DNA from: Somniosus microcephalus
Lineage: Eukaryota
Assembly (NCBI GenBank): GCA_052327205.1
Contig: CM126228.1
Span: 8,618,001 to 8,682,000 of the forward strand
DNA length: 64,000 bases
Direction of reading: 5' to 3'
The notes beneath the pieces are model-generated. The model was not told where the DNA came from, did no database searches, and was given only the letters and a program-made list of their open reading frames with translations. A program made the translations under genes and the position numbers. This document shows positions 25,508 through 39,215 of this stretch, one piece after another (the stretch's first letter is position 1; every line of letters begins with the position of its first letter).

Positions 25508-26097
25508 ATAGTGATTACAAAGGAGACTTTACATATGCTTCTGCCAAGGCAATTCATTGGGAATCACTTCTTTGTTGTGTATTTTAATGAATTATTGGGC
25601 ATTTCAGGATTGAGAGTGTTTCCCACTGGCTAGTTATAACTAGTGCCTTCACATGATCTTTCTTGACTATGCTAGACTGTGACCTAGCCTTTAACCTGCC
25701 AAACACACTTATTGAGCAGTGAAAAGAATAAGTGCATACCGGCAGAATTATTAAGCTTAGCTGTTTACTTGAGGGACTAGACGATAACAAATACCTGTAG
25801 TTGTAACTACGGCGCTAAATTATAATGTATTTTTAGATAGTGGTTCTTTTTTGTCCCTCACCTGAAGTAATCTGGCCTGACTATATCTCAATTTAACGCA
25901 GAAAAGTGTGATATCAACTGTAATAATTAACCTTGGACTGTTTATAAATGATCTCTGGGTAATGCTATATTTCAGCATTGAAATTATCGTGCTTGATATT
26001 TAATACAATCCATATGCTTTAATTTTGTGTAGGGATTATTCAGTTTTTGTCCCTCTTTTGTGCTACTTGTGACCATCTATGTAGACAGCTGCCAAGT

Positions 26098-27792
26098 CAT
26101 AGAATCATAGAATGGTTACAGCACAGAAGGAGGCCATTCAGCCCCTCGAGCCCGTGCCAGCTCTCTGCAAGAGCACTTCAGCTAGTCCCACTCCCCCGCC
26201 CTTTCCCTGTAGCCCTGCAATTTTTTTTTCCTTCAGGTACTTATCCAAATCCCTTTTGAAAGCCACAATTGAATCTGCCTCCACCACCCTTTTAGGCAGT
26301 GCATTCCAAATCCTAATCACTCGCTGCGTAAAAATGTTTTTCTCATGTTGCCTTTTGGTTCTTCTGCCAATCACCTTAAATCTGTGTCCTCTGGTTCTCG
26401 ACCCTTCCGCCAATGGGAACAGTTTCTCTCTATCTACTCTGTCTAGACCCCTCATGATTTTGAACACCTATATCAAATCTCTTCTCAACTTCTCTGCTCT
26501 AAGGAGAACAACCCCAGCTTCTCTAGTCTATCCACGTAACTGAAGTCCCTCATCCCTGGAACCATTCTTGTAAATCTTTTCTGCACCATCTCTAAAGCCT
26601 TCACATCCTCCCTAAAGTGTGGTGCCCAGAATTGGACACAATACTCCAGTTGAGGCCAAACCAGTGTTTTATAAAGGTTCATCATAACTTCCTTGCTTTT
26701 GTACTCTATGCCTCTATTTATGAAGCTCAGGGTCCTGTATGCTTTTTTAACCGCTTTCTCAACCTGCCCTGCCACTTTCAATGATTTGTGCACATATACC
26801 CCCAGGTCTCTCTGTTCATGCACCCCCTTTAGGATTGTACCCTTTAGTTTATATTGCCTCTCCTCGTTCTTCCTACCAAAATGTATCACTTCACACTTTT
26901 CTGCGTTAAATTTCATCTGCCACGTGTCCACCCATTCCACCAGCCTGTCTGTCTGTCTTGAAGTCTATCACTATCCTCCTCACTGTTCACTATACTTCCA
27001 GTTTTTGTGTCATCTATAAATGTTGAAATTGTGCCCTGTACACCCAAGTCTAGGTCATTAATAAATATCAAGAAAAGCAGTGGTCCTAGTACTGACCCCT
27101 GGGGAACACCACTGTATACCTTCCTCCAGTCCAAAAAATAACCGTTTACCACTACCTTCTGTTTCTTGTCACTTAGCCAATTTCGTATCCATGCTACCAC
27201 TGTCCCTTTTATTCCATGGGCTTCAACTTTGCTGACAAGCCTATTATGTGGCACTTTATCAAATGCCTTTTGGAAGTCCATGTACACCACATCAACTGCA
27301 TTGCCCTCATCAACCCTCCCTGTTACCTCATCAAAAAACTCAATCAAGTTCGTTGAACACGATTTGCCTTTAACAAATCCGTGCTGGCTTTCCTTAATTA
27401 ATCCATACTTGTCCAAGTGACTGTTAATTTTGTCCCTGATTATCGTTTCTAAAAGCTTCCCCATGACCAAGGTTAAACTGACTGGCCTGTAGTTGCTGGA
27501 TTTATCCTTGCACCCTTTTTTGAACAACGGTAGAACATTTGCAATTCTCCAGTCTTTTGACACCAGCCCCCTATCCAAGGAGGATTGGAAGATTATGGCC
27601 AGCACCACCACAATTTCCACCTTTACTTCCCTCAGCATCCTAGGAGGCATCCCATCTGGTCCTGGTGACTTATCAACTTTAAGTACAGCCAGCCTTTCTA
27701 GTTCCTCCTCCTCCTCATCAATTTTTATCCCATCCAATATCTCAACTACCTACTTTTTCACAGACTTTGGCAGCATCTTATTCCTTGGCAAA
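26098..27792 (-). mobile_element. 5'-truncated CR1 LINE
   Basis: ORFs 26913-27737, 26485-26940 and 26138-26467 encode CR1 RT ([35 protein letters not shown]); catagaat tandem tail. Confidence 0.95.
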
Positions 27793-28497
27793 GTCCACTG
27801 CTCATTAATGTGTGATGCTGCAATAACTGTTCCTATAATGGGAACTGCCATCCTACAAATTAATGGAAAATAATCTGACATTGATTACTGTTTGCCACTA
27901 GAATTTCAATAACAAGAAATGTGTACAAAATGTTCCTACTTTTCATTAGAACTGTGGAACGCCTGGCAATTTGCTTGCAAATGTTGTCTTTCAAAACTTG
28001 GATTATTATCTGGGGAGACTTTTGAGTTGTGTAATACTAAGGTAAAGCACAGGTTCTGCCACTGAGATGGGTTTGGAAGCAAGTTGAGATCATTGAAGAG
28101 AATTCCAAAAGAAGTGTCTTGTACAGAATTGCATTTCTGCTATTGTATTTTGGTACCAATGTTCTAAATAAACCCACTGACCACATTGGAGGGTGCAGAG
28201 GAAGATGAATATTACAAATATACAAATAAAGCTGTCTCATCTAAGAGAACAGGTTTCTGGATATGTGAATAATGGTGAGCCTGTAGCCAATAAATCTGCC
28301 TTGACAATAAATTCACGGTGTGCCAATTGTTATTACTCAGACTATTCTATGGGCCAGAGATAATTCCATTGAGATTGCAGCAACTGACTGAACAAACTAG
28401 GATCACCATACGTTGCATTTGTCTCATTCAAAACCACAAACTACATCTAGATTTTAAAGTATATTGACTGTAAACTCAAGATTTCTTTCTTCTTAAG

Positions 28498-28582
28498 CTT
28501 CAGATAATGGTCAGCGGTTTCAGGAGACTTGCTTCGCATTCGCACTGACACCACAACAAGTTCAGCAGATTAGCAACTCCAT
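28498..28582 (+). CDS. PIAS1: PIAS1 exon 3 equivalent (PINIT domain)
   Basis: ttcttaag|CT TCA GAT AAT...AAC TCC AT|gtaagt; (A)SDNGQRFQETCFAFALTPQQVQQISNS(M); 85 nt, phase matches previous exon. Confidence 0.96.
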
Positions 28583-29661
28583 GTAAGTAGTTAGCCGTCT
28601 TCGATTTTGCATAGCTTGGTCTTAACTGACTATAATTGCATGCTAAACTGAAACAGTGGGAAACTTGAGTGGCTCAGGTAAAGATGTTGTAGTTTTGTGT
28701 ATGCAGTTCAAATCAAACATCTGGTCTGTTTCAATTTCTCCAATAAAGTAGTTAAGATGCTGACTACTTCTCATCTCTTGGTCTGGGACTACATTTGGCC
28801 TCAGTGCCCTAGGAAAGGGAGGAGAGAAATCATTATCCAATTTAAAATAGAGTTTTTGACAGTAAGACTAAAGTAAAATACTTGGTGTTTTAATTTAAAC
28901 TGTTCTAATGTATTTGCATAAATAAACCTATTTGAGAATTAAAATTGCCAGTTTGAAATTTTATGCCATAGCACAACCTGCTCATAAAGACCACATACAC
29001 ATGCCGCCCGCACAAACCCACATCCGCTAAGAACAGCTCGGCTATTTTGTTAGCCGTGGCAGCTCTTAATCCCAATTCCCTGCCCCTTATCTGTGTCCCT
29101 TAATACCAATACCTATCTCCCTTTTAAATGCCTGTGGTGATTTTTGCATCCATAAACCTCCGAGACATTGCAATCCATGTTCTCACAACCTTTTTGTGAA
29201 GACATCGTTTCTGGATTTGCTTTGAACCAGCTTAGTTTGAATATTAATATACTGCCTCCTTGTTCTGGAAAGAGTGATTCACTATCTGCCTTGTTATTTT
29301 ATACACTCCAGTCTCTCAACCTCTTAATTTCCAGGCAATTTAACCACAGTTTACCCACTCCTAGCTCAGCCCCTTCATCCAGGTATTATCCTGGCGAATC
29401 ATCACTGGACTTTCTCCAAGGCCTGTATATACTTCTACGGTGGAGTACTGAGCACAATATAGCAAATGAGGCTTGACCATTGCTATATCAAAGCAGTAGT
29501 ACTTCCTTGCTTTTATATTCTAGGTAAAGGGCAAAACAGTCTCATTATATTGTAAAACTACTGGTTAGTGGAGTGATTTCAAGGATATGATCTCATCTTG
29601 GGATTCACACAACTATTGTAAACTGCTCAAGCATTGCCCTGGATTCAGTTACCTGCATTAT

Positions 29662-29858
29662 CACTCCCAGGCGTTCACGGTTCCCCATGTAACACTCCCA
29701 GGCGTTCACGGTTCCCCATGTAACACTCCCAGGCGTTCACGGCTCCCCATGTAACACTCCCAGGCGTTCACGGCTCCCCATGTAACACTCCCAGGCGTTC
29801 ACGGTTCCCCATGTAACACTCCCAGGCGTTCACGGTTCCCCATGTAACACTCCCAGGC
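29662..29858. repeat. 31-bp minisatellite, about 6.3 copies
   Basis: Unit CACTCCCAGGCGTTCACGG(T/C)TCCCCATGTAA; variant order T,T,C,C,T,T. Confidence 0.97.
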
Positions 29859-30311
29859 AGCTCTCCTATATAACAAAATTTTGAGCATCAACAAAATAAT
29901 TATTAGGCATTCATAGCATCAATCTTCCACCTCCTCTGCTGATTATAAGAGTTTCTGGGATTTAAGGAAAGCTGTGAGCGAAGTTTTCTGATACAGAAAT
30001 AAAGATGAATGCTGTTCAGTAGGTTACTACTTGTTTCGATCCCAACCTTACTTTAAAGCATAATTTTAATGAAAGAAACAGGAACTATTTCTGGCACTAT
30101 TACCATCTTTTTAATAGCTCTGTTTAAAAATAAAAAAAAAATAAAAAAAATATTGTTTGGTTTACAAAGTTTCTAATGGGTTATCAAGAAGCAAATTGTA
30201 TAAATCATTCGATTCAGTACTCATGAATGATATTTTGAACTGTCCTGTACGATTTCCTTTACTAATATAAATTTGAAATGTGTGAAAAATATATCTTTCA
30301 ATTTTATTTAG

Positions 30312-30359
30312 GGACATATCGGGGACCAAGTGTGACTTCACAGTTCAGGTTCAGTTAAG
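30312..30359 (+). CDS. PIAS1: PIAS1 exon 4 equivalent (PINIT domain)
   Basis: tttag|G GAC ATA TCG...TTA AG|gtaaat; (M)DISGTKCDFTVQVQL(R); 48 nt. Confidence 0.95.
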
Positions 30360-31139
30360 GTAAATGCACATTATTTAGCTTATCTTCACTCGTTCTGTTT
30401 ATCTTTTCTTTCTCTCTCGGGTATTTTTCATTTGTGGGGCAGTACACAGTATCCACAGTTTGCAGGAATATGATTTCATTAAATGAAGCTGGTGTGGTAA
30501 TCATCTTGCAGCAACTTAACATTTTGGGAGAAGTGTAAAATAGCCATGTTTGGGGGAAAAAACCTTTGATACTGGTTTTCATAGTTTTTGCTGTTTTAAA
30601 AAAAAATTGGTATTCAAAAAGATTGGATTACATAAAAAGTCAACACCCAGTGATCAGCTCTGATGATGTTAGCAGTATGCAAAGATGCCATTCACAACAT
30701 AATCCGTAACCTAGCAGACTGAGACAGTACGGGGCTCAGTCCTTTGAGTATATGGCTTGTACTTGTGGTATAGTTAAATCAGCAATGCAGGAATGCTCTG
30801 CTTGTTTTTTTTAAAAGCATAATGCACACTGGAATCTCCATCAATGGGCAGCCCATGCACTAACGGTTGCTTTGCCAAGACAGTGCTGTGAGGAGATTTA
30901 ATGATGGTCATGTTGACATTCACAGACTCACAATACAGTATAATACATGGTATAAAACATATCCTCTTCTAAATCAGATCTCTCTGAAACTCTGTTTCAT
31001 GAAGATAACATTTGAAAACAAATGTCACTCTGGAAAAAAAATTCAGTCATCACTGGAATTGGCCTACAGTGTATAAGTTTCTATTTGAAATATTTTCAAG
31101 TAACTTTACCTAACTTCTGTTATAAATGTGGTGAGAGCT

Positions 31140-31525
31140 TTGGCTCCCTGATGGCCTAGTAATTAAAGACACTGCCTGATGTCATATTAAGCCATGCAAA
31201 CTGTGTGGTCCCAGGTCCAATTTCCAGTCTGTGCTGAGTTCCTCATACTGATTCTCAGCTGGGCAGCATTTAGGAAATTAGAGTTGACCTATCTTCTGGG
31301 CTCGGAAGGAAAACAACACACCTGATTGCTATCCAGTGATCCTTGCTAGAAAGTTTACATGTGTGCTTATCAGGTTGGGATAGCATTGTGTTTGGCTGTG
31401 ATCTTGGTGTGAATAATCTGCTGCACATGGTTTACACATCAAGAATGCACTCTTAGATGAGGTACTAGAGTACTGATGACGCCCAGGGAACCATGCCCCA
31501 GCCTTCAGGAGAGATGGAGAGGAAA
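31140..31525 (+). mobile_element. Representative of an abundant, old ~400-bp tRNA-head SINE family (15 or more copies in the window)
   Basis: Shared motifs (gtgctgagtt..ctcagc, tgctatccagtga, ttggctgtga, aagaatggcca, ggaactgtaccccagc). Approximate other copies: 4860-5260(-), 17890-18070(-), 19590-19810(+), 24430-24640(-), 33270-33640(+), 35965-36340(-), 36940-37370(-), 37720-38050(-), 39350-39750(-), 41200-42400(+, split), 43380-43740(-), 45570-45950(+), 46590-46690(+), 52500-52860(-), 63760-63960(-). Confidence 0.65.
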
Positions 31526-31953
31526 TGCAAAGAAAATAAGTGAGGAGCAGGACCATTTCATCAATAATCCTTATTACATTAGCTTAGTCCTAGAATAAGA
31601 ATTGTAGCATGTGGCTCGCATTATTTTCAAAAATGTTTGGTAATAACAATTCACTTACAATATGGTACAGTATTTGTAAAGTTTATCATTGTTTGGTATA
31701 GAATGGTTGACATGTGTTAGTAACCTTAATGGATTCAGGGAGATGATCAGTCTAAGAAGCTGTATTAGAATTTGCTCAGTAATGGATGTTGTGCATATTG
31801 AGATGCTGAAGGTCAAGACTCAACTTCCTAGTCAAGTAAGCATTCAGTCCCCAGTATAGCTAGACAAGTATATCCATTATTGGTTAACAATTGCAGATCA
31901 GAATTATTGGAGATTATTTGAAGTTTGTAACTGATTATTTTTTCATTTTCAAG

Positions 31954-32044
31954 GTTTTGTTTATCAGAAACCAGTTGTCCACAGGAAGATCATTTCCCCC
32001 CGAATCTGTGTGTGAAAGTAAATGGAAAGACTTGTAACCTTCCA
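31954..32044 (+). CDS. PIAS1: PIAS1 exon 5 equivalent (PINIT domain)
   Basis: ttttcaag|G TTT TGT TTA...CTT CCA|gtaagt; [30 protein letters not shown]; 91 nt. Confidence 0.96.
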
Positions 32045-32141
32045 GTAAGTATTAAAGTAATTGGTCTAATAGATTTTTTTTGATTCATTCTTTAGATTCA
32101 TTCTTTTAGGAGAATTAAGTAACTTTTTGATTTCATCCTAG

Positions 32142-32276
32142 GGCTATCTACCACCAACCAAAAATGGTGTTGAACCAAAGCGACCTAGCCGGCCAATCAA
32201 TATTACCTCACTAGTCAGATTGTCCACGACGGTGCCGAACACTATTGTGGTTTCATGGTCGGCAGAAATTGGAAGA
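32142..32276 (+). CDS. PIAS1: PIAS1 exon 6 equivalent (contains the PINIT motif)
   Basis: cctag|GGC TAT CTA...GGA AGA|gtaagc; GYLPPTKNGVEPKRPSRPINITSLVRLSTTVPNTIVVSWSAEIGR; 135 nt, after a 97-bp intron. Confidence 0.97.
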
Positions 32277-32937
32277 GTAAGCTTTTCTTCATTTTCTCAA
32301 AGCAATTAATTAAAACAGCACAACACTTTATGGCCCAGATGCTGGGTTTTGTATCAGTCAGGAGCAGGTTTCAGATGTTCTGTTTAACTAAAATGAAGCT
32401 GGTCCTTGTGCCTTTTCCAGCATGCTCATTTGTATTCAATCTTAATCCTAATAAAACACTCATCATTGTTGTCCTAGGATTTCAGCGAAGTTTAATGAAT
32501 GTGAAATTTCCATACTATGTCCACAGTAGTACTTGAAGCATCTAGTAATACAATTTACATGGTTTGACTTTCTGAGCTTGGGTTGTGCCTGGGAGAACAT
32601 TTTGATATGTATAACAAGAGTTATATACTAATGGCTTGTTTGTCACTAGTTGTGGGAGCAATTTGAGAGGTTAATGAAGAGCGTCACAATAGAAGTGCTA
32701 TTGGCTTAAGTATGACTTTTTTCCTTAATTCTACCAACAATGACCGATACTGTGTGAAAGTTTTGTCTAAGTTTCAGGGAACCAAGTATCCTCCCTGAGG
32801 AACAGGAAACTGGGATGATGTAACCCAAAATGCAGGAAAAGCTTATGACCTAATGCCAGCAATAAAAACAAGGGTGTTATTTTATAACGTTACTGGTTTG
32901 TACAAGGGGAAGCAGCGTGTAAAAAACATTCAGTAGT

Positions 32938-33270
32938 TGGAAAATGTTTCCCCTGGCTGGGGAGCCTAGAACTAGGGGTCACAGTCTCAGAATAAGGGGT
33001 TGGCCATTTAGGACAGAGATGAGAAATTTCTTCACTCAGAGGGTTGTGAATCTTTGTAATTCTCTACCCAAGAGAGCTGTGGATGCTCAGTCGTTGAGTA
33101 TATTCAAAACAGATCGATAGATTTTTGGATACTAAAGGAATCAAGGGATATGTGGCTTGAGCAGGAAGGTGGAGTTGAGGTAAAAGATCAGCCATGATCT
33201 TATTAAATGGCGGAGCAGGCTTGAAGGGCTGAATGGCCCACTTGTGCCCCTATTTCTTATGTTCTTATGA
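32938..33270 (+). mobile_element. CR1 LINE 3' fragment
   Basis: Homologous to 8585-8910; ends tatttcttatgttcttatg. Confidence 0.88.
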
Positions 33271-36200
33271 GTGAGCTCCCCAATAGCTCATTTTGTAATT
33301 ATACTGCCCAGTATGGAATTGAATCATGAAAACCATAGATAGGGTTCCAGCTTCAATTACCAGTCTATGCTGAGTTAGTTGATTTCAGCCAGAGTAGCAG
33401 TTGGGCAGTAAGGTTAGCCTTGGGCTAGGGATGGAAAGAAACTGCCTTGGTTCTCATTCCTAATTGCTATCCAGTGACTCCATACAGGTGTGGGGACAAC
33501 AAGAGGATCAGGACTGCCCTTCAACACTCCTCGCACATGGAGGGAACTTAATTTGAGGCGCCAGGGAACAGTTGATGCCAGTGGAACCTTGTTAAAAAGA
33601 ATAAGTCAGGACATACGGAGTAGGTAGGAGAGGAAGGTACCTTTAAGTAAAGGGATAATTATTGCTTGATGATGCAGCTGCAGAAATGCAAGTAAAATGA
33701 CAGCAGCATGGTAGCCCAAAGGGTGGAACTTGAACTTGTTTGTAATTTTCCTCATATAGTATGTTCAACCCAATATTAACTCTCGACTAAGGAAAATGCT
33801 AAGTGGAGGCCGGGCATATTCCTGGAGTAAGGACCAGCCAGGTTTAGCTTCTCTTGTGCATCTCCACACAGCCTTGTGTCAGATGGCTGCAGCTACAGGA
33901 GCTGATGGTCTGCTTTTTGTCCTAACTGAGAAAGGTGCGTAGAATAAAGAGAGTACAGGTGGTGTGAAGTGGGTGGGAATAAATATTTTTAAATGCAAGC
34001 AAAGCTTTTCTCATAAGGGCAGCCTGATTTTCTTATCCACTCAGTGACTCTTGCGACACAATTACTGTACTAATTTTTGTACTCCAAATTTCTCTCTTAG
34101 CATTTGGGTTTTTTAAAGATGTATTTTCTCATTACACAGAGTTGGTACAAAATACTTAACTGGATTCTCCAGGGAAAGTCCTGTGATAAATGCAATTCTG
34201 TGCTTTGTATTCACTCTCCTGGGTTGACATGCTTCTTGAAATTATGTGCTTATTATGTGAGGCCTCTGCCTGAGATTTGTCCAATTTACTAAATCCACTA
34301 AAAAGAACCAGTTGTTTTGGAAGTGCCTTTGCATTTTGAAATGGGAAATATTTGTGGCATTTCAGTTTCAAACAGGAGCGACTTGGTTGAGGAGAACTTC
34401 AGTGAAGTAGGCTGGGCAGTGAAAACCATGCGTGGATTGCTTTGTCTTAATCTTTTGGTTCATGGTTGGTGTAAGAATGCAAGTCTGAACTGGGATAGCA
34501 CACTTTGCAACTCAGCACCAGCTGTTATGATTCTCAGATCATAACATTGTTGACAGATGTGGTTGTAACAGTTTTTGGCAAGCTCTAACTGTTCGAATTC
34601 ATGACAGAGTGGAACTTTTGGTTGTTAATTGTAATTTTTATCATATCTTAAGGGTGGCAAATTTCAGTCACGATCAAAAGTTGTCTTTGATCATCCCTAC
34701 TATGGTCTTGACTTGAGCTTTTACTTGAGTATTAGTGCTGATGGGTTAGAGTGCAATGTTTTGCTGGTTGCCATTTAAGCAGTGTTCTTAGAAAGAGCTG
34801 ATGTAATCTGAGATTCAAAAATTTGGCCGCAGTGGTTCCGGGCTTGGGAGCGAGACAAAATAGTTCAGAGGCTTGATCGGTTTAAGTATTGGATCAACAA
34901 ACAGCCCTCACTTTAAAAAAAAAATATTTCAAGAAACACTTTGCTTTCCAGGCCTGTTTATTTCCTTTTGCTTTGTAACAGAAATACACTTGCAAAAAGC
35001 AAATCAATGCCTGGAAAAGTACAGTATAGTGCAAGTGTTTCCATTTTCTCTTACATCAATAGCTTGATATCACACACTCTGCTGTGTATTCAGGATCTTT
35101 TGACAGCCAATAGCTCCTCCCCTCCATTAAATGTGATTTATACATTTATTTTATTGACTGCATGAACCAGGTTTGGGTATGACATAGTGAGATGTGCATT
35201 CAACAAAGTGTTAGATTTCTGTTAGAATAAGTTCATATAATTTTGATGTAAATACTTGAGGTACCATCCAGGTTTTATTTTTCTGCCTAGAATGTCATTA
35301 TTACCTGGGCCTAGATATTTATATCCTCCTTGGACAAAACTACTGTTCCTGCATCTAACTGTACAGTTCAACCCATATCTTTTGCCTTTGAAACAAGTTA
35401 ACCATGCAGAATTCTTTGAATCTGCATGCAAATACCTTTATGTATTTTAAATGTAATTTGTTTAGGAAGCTGTGCAGTTTGTAAATCCTAGATTTACAAA
35501 CAGCAGTCCACGCACGCTATGGGACCTTGGGGGTAGGGAGTCACAATATCATTTTCTGTTGGTTTGAAGCTAGGCATGCAGTGTGTCCATGAGCGCAGTG
35601 TCTCCAGAATTCCGTATTTTATATTTGTAGACTTACTAGCATTATTTGCGTTGTTGTAAATGATCATTTTCCACAACGACAGTATTTTTCTTTGGGCCGT
35701 TAAGTCTTTTGGAAGTTGGGGTAATGGGCCCCAGGAGTATGTCACTATTTGCCAGGGGTCCCCCGCACAGGAAAGTGGTCTTAACCAAACCTAATAAATC
35801 AGTAAATTTGAACCACATTGGATATTAGTTTGAAGTGGGCTTGGGTTTTCTATTTACTGACTACGTTAACTCTAGAAGTTTGAACGATTAGTTATTTTTG
35901 GACCCCTGTTTTGTACTCAAATAGTACATTGTGAAGAAGTTTTCTGTATTAAAATGTCATTACCAGCTTCCCCCCTCCTGAAGTAAAGACACTGACTCTG
36001 GAGTATGATGCCATGGGTAAGGGTTAGCCCAGCTCAGCTGTGCCTCACCCAGTTGACAATTCTTCGGGTGTGAGTCTAGACTGTGAATACTAGTGAACGA
36101 TTTGAGCACAGAGGTCACCACAGCCAAGCCCAGTCCTGTTCTCACCTGCTGTCTATCAGGAGTCGCTGGGTAACAGCTCGGAGTGAAAATCATGGTTGAT

Positions 36201-36589
36201 TTGCTTCTCCCCACCAAATCAGCAACACCAAGGGCAGTTGTAGTGTCACAAATGCCTGCTGAGATGAAGTAACTCAGACTAGGAATCAAAACTGGGACAT
36301 TCTTCTCTGCATGCTGTGGTACAACATGGGACAATGCCATTTCCATCATTGGATATAAATATATTTACTCTATAAAACCTTGTTGTCTTCATTTCCAAGA
36401 TGGTTATAAAATGTTAATGTACACATAATCCAGAAAAACAAATGCAAACTCCAAATTTAAATTTATAGGAAAATATGGTTATTTAGATTTGATAAGAGTA
36501 TATGGTTTAACTGCAATGCTTGGAGATGACGTGTTTGAACATTGATGCAGTTAACATGGTTGACGAGTGTGCACATGTTTTTTTTTCAG

Positions 36590-36695
36590 AACTACTCCAT
36601 GGCAGTTTACCTTGTAAAACAGCTATCTTCTGCAGTGTTGCTTCAAAGACTACGGGCAAAAGGAATAAGGAACCCGGACCATTCCAGAGCATTAA
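36590..36695 (+). CDS. PIAS1: PIAS1 exon 7 equivalent
   Basis: tttttcag|AAC TAC TCC...TTA A|gtatgt; NYSMAVYLVKQLSSAVLLQRLRAKGIRNPDHSRAL; 106 nt. Confidence 0.96.
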
Positions 36696-38879
36696 GTATG
36701 TACAAATTGTGGGCAGGTAGATGTTTACATAGGTACATTTGGCAGTTCCTTTGTGTGATAAAAGCCTCTGACACAGTTCAAAACTTTCTATCCTTTCTGT
36801 TCAGTATTGGTGTTAATCATTTCATCACAGAATTTAGTCTGAATCTAGTTAAAAATGCTCAGTTGGTTAATCATGTGTTGAAAGTATATGTTTGTTGCTC
36901 CCATGTAACTTGGGCCCGTAGGTCTAACTATATTTACCTTCGCCTCCCCTACTGGGTATATCTCCTTTCCATTCCATTCCATTCCAGTTCTGAAAGTATG
37001 ATGGGAGCTAGCTCTGTGGGTGACGGCAGCCTTCCAGTACCTCCCCCAAGTGTCCTTGGTTTTCCTCTGTATGGTTAGACAGTGAGTACCAGCAGGCCAT
37101 TTGACTGTAAGGGATGGATGGATGTCACAGCTGAATCTGAGCCTTTGGCATCCCTTGTCCCCCATGCACAATTTCCAGGACGGCTCACTGGCCAGTGACC
37201 GTTGTGAGAACCCTAGTTGGAGTTTTTCTTCTCCCTAGACCAAGCCACGGAGACTGGCTATAAAACTTCTACAACCACTGCAGCTGAGTTTGGTTGCTGA
37301 TTTAGCACTGGTCAGTGATCCAAACCCAGGTCTTCATGGGCCATGTGGCACTCTACCACACCATTTGAAACTTTCTACAATATATCACTGAGGAAGATTT
37401 CTGGAGAGCATCCCAATAGAAAGAACTTGTATAGCGTGCCATTTAGCCAAGTTATTTCAACTGGCACAATTCTCTAGCACTCTTTATGGGATTTGCTGTG
37501 TGCAAATTGGCTGCTGCATTTCCTACATTACAACTGACTACACTTCAAGAAGTACTTCATTGGCTGTAAAGCGCATTGGGACGTCCGGTAGTCGTGAAAG
37601 GTGCTACATAAATGCACATTTTTTCTCTCTCAAATGTCGAATGTTGAACCATGAGAGTTAGGGACCCAGGGAACACTACTTTTTTTTGTTTTCAACTTTT
37701 AGTTTTTAATTTTCTCCAGTTTTTTTCCCCCTCCCTTCCTTTGCTGAGCGTTTTTACTCCGGGTTTTATGATTCTACGGGTGCCAGGTTTTGTGCAGTAC
37801 CCTGTCCAAGTGGCCATTATTTATGAGAGTTTTGCCAAGCTATTCACTCGTGGTAATCATCACAGCTGAGCCCAATCCTGCCCTCACCCAATGTTCAGAA
37901 ATGCATTTACTGATGGATAATGTTCAGAAACTGACTGGTTTTTCTCTCCCCTAAGCCAAAGGGCGAATGTAGTGTTCTAGCTGAGATTGATTAACTTGGT
38001 GCAGACCGTTTTGGTCTGTATTCAGTTCTAACTAGCTGACCCACTGGGGGAATTCCCTGAGTGTTTTTTTGATCTCCCATTCATTAGGATCCTCCAGGAG
38101 TTAAAGCAGGAAATTATGTTTCCAGAAGCATACCAATTTTAAAAAGTCACTTTTGTTGAAACGTTAACCAAATTCACAATCTGCTTTGCCTTTTTGAAGT
38201 GTATCTGTGTTGGGATATGCCAGAATTGTATTTGCTCTTCCGCGTTTAACTGCTCTGCTGTCCTGACAGTTGATGTCGCATTAGAATCTGGCTGTAGCTA
38301 TTTTGGCCAGTAGCCCAAGCAGTCACTAATTGACTGATCAGGCTAAGTGATTTCTGTTTACAATACAGCTCAGCTATTTGAAGAGCTCAGAGCACTGCTG
38401 GTTTGCTGTTGAAAATGAGCAACTAAAAGTAGGACTAACCTTAAGAGCACCACCATTCTGAGTAGTGCATTGGTGAAACTGAGCATCTAATTACTGTTCA
38501 GCTCTTTAAATTAGAAATCACTTCACTGCTGGTCGACAACAATGAAGGTTCCAGCACAAACGATGAAAAATCTACAATTAATATAACTGGGGTTTGGCAA
38601 GTTTGATTTGAGGACTTATTCCTCATGATCACAAAGTAGATTCCACCGTACTCTTAGTATTTTATTTATTTTGAACTAGATACAAGGTAAAACAAGGTAT
38701 GTTGAGTTAAATTTGTTTCTTATTTTACCCCTTTTTGTTTTTATGCATGAGTGGATTCACTAATTTGATTATGAACATTTCAGTAGTTTGTGCTTACAGC
38801 AAACTCCCCAGGGCTGCTCAACTTGACTTGATGCAATCTAAAAGGACAAAGCCTTTCCTCCACCCCTTTCCACACACTT

Positions 38880-39215
38880 CACAGAATCCCCACAGTGCAG
38901 ATAGAGGCCATTTCGGCCCATCGAGCCTGCACCGACACACATCCCACCCGATCCCCGTAACCCCTACACCAACACATATCCCACCCTATCCCTGTAACCC
39001 CATGTATTTAGTCCCCCTAACACTAAGGGTCAATTTATCATAGCCAATCAACCTAACCCGCACATCTTTGGACTGTGGGAGGAAACCGGAGCACCCGGAG
39101 AAAACCCACGCAAACACGGGGAGAATGTGCAAACTCCACACAGACATTCGCCCGAGGCCGGATTCGAACCCGGGTCTCTGGCGCTGTGAGGCAACAGTGC
39201 TAACCACTATGCCAC
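38880..39215 (-). mobile_element. HE1-type V-SINE
   Basis: tRNA-like head (gtggttagcactgttgcctcacagcgccagagacccgggttcgaatcc), V-domain (tgtgtggagtttgcacattctccccgtg...tccggtttcctcccacagtccaaaga) and CR1-derived tail. Confidence 0.9.

Noticed and set aside
29662-29858. 31-bp repeats as a CRISPR array
   Set aside because: Units are contiguous with no unique spacers, there are no cas genes, and the context is a vertebrate intron.
36542-37078. 178-aa ORF as a separate gene
   Set aside because: It is PIAS1 exon 7 plus chance open intron and SINE sequence.
39150-39215. tRNA gene
   Set aside because: The A/B boxes are the tRNA-derived head of the HE1 SINE; the same applies to other SINE heads such as 48474.
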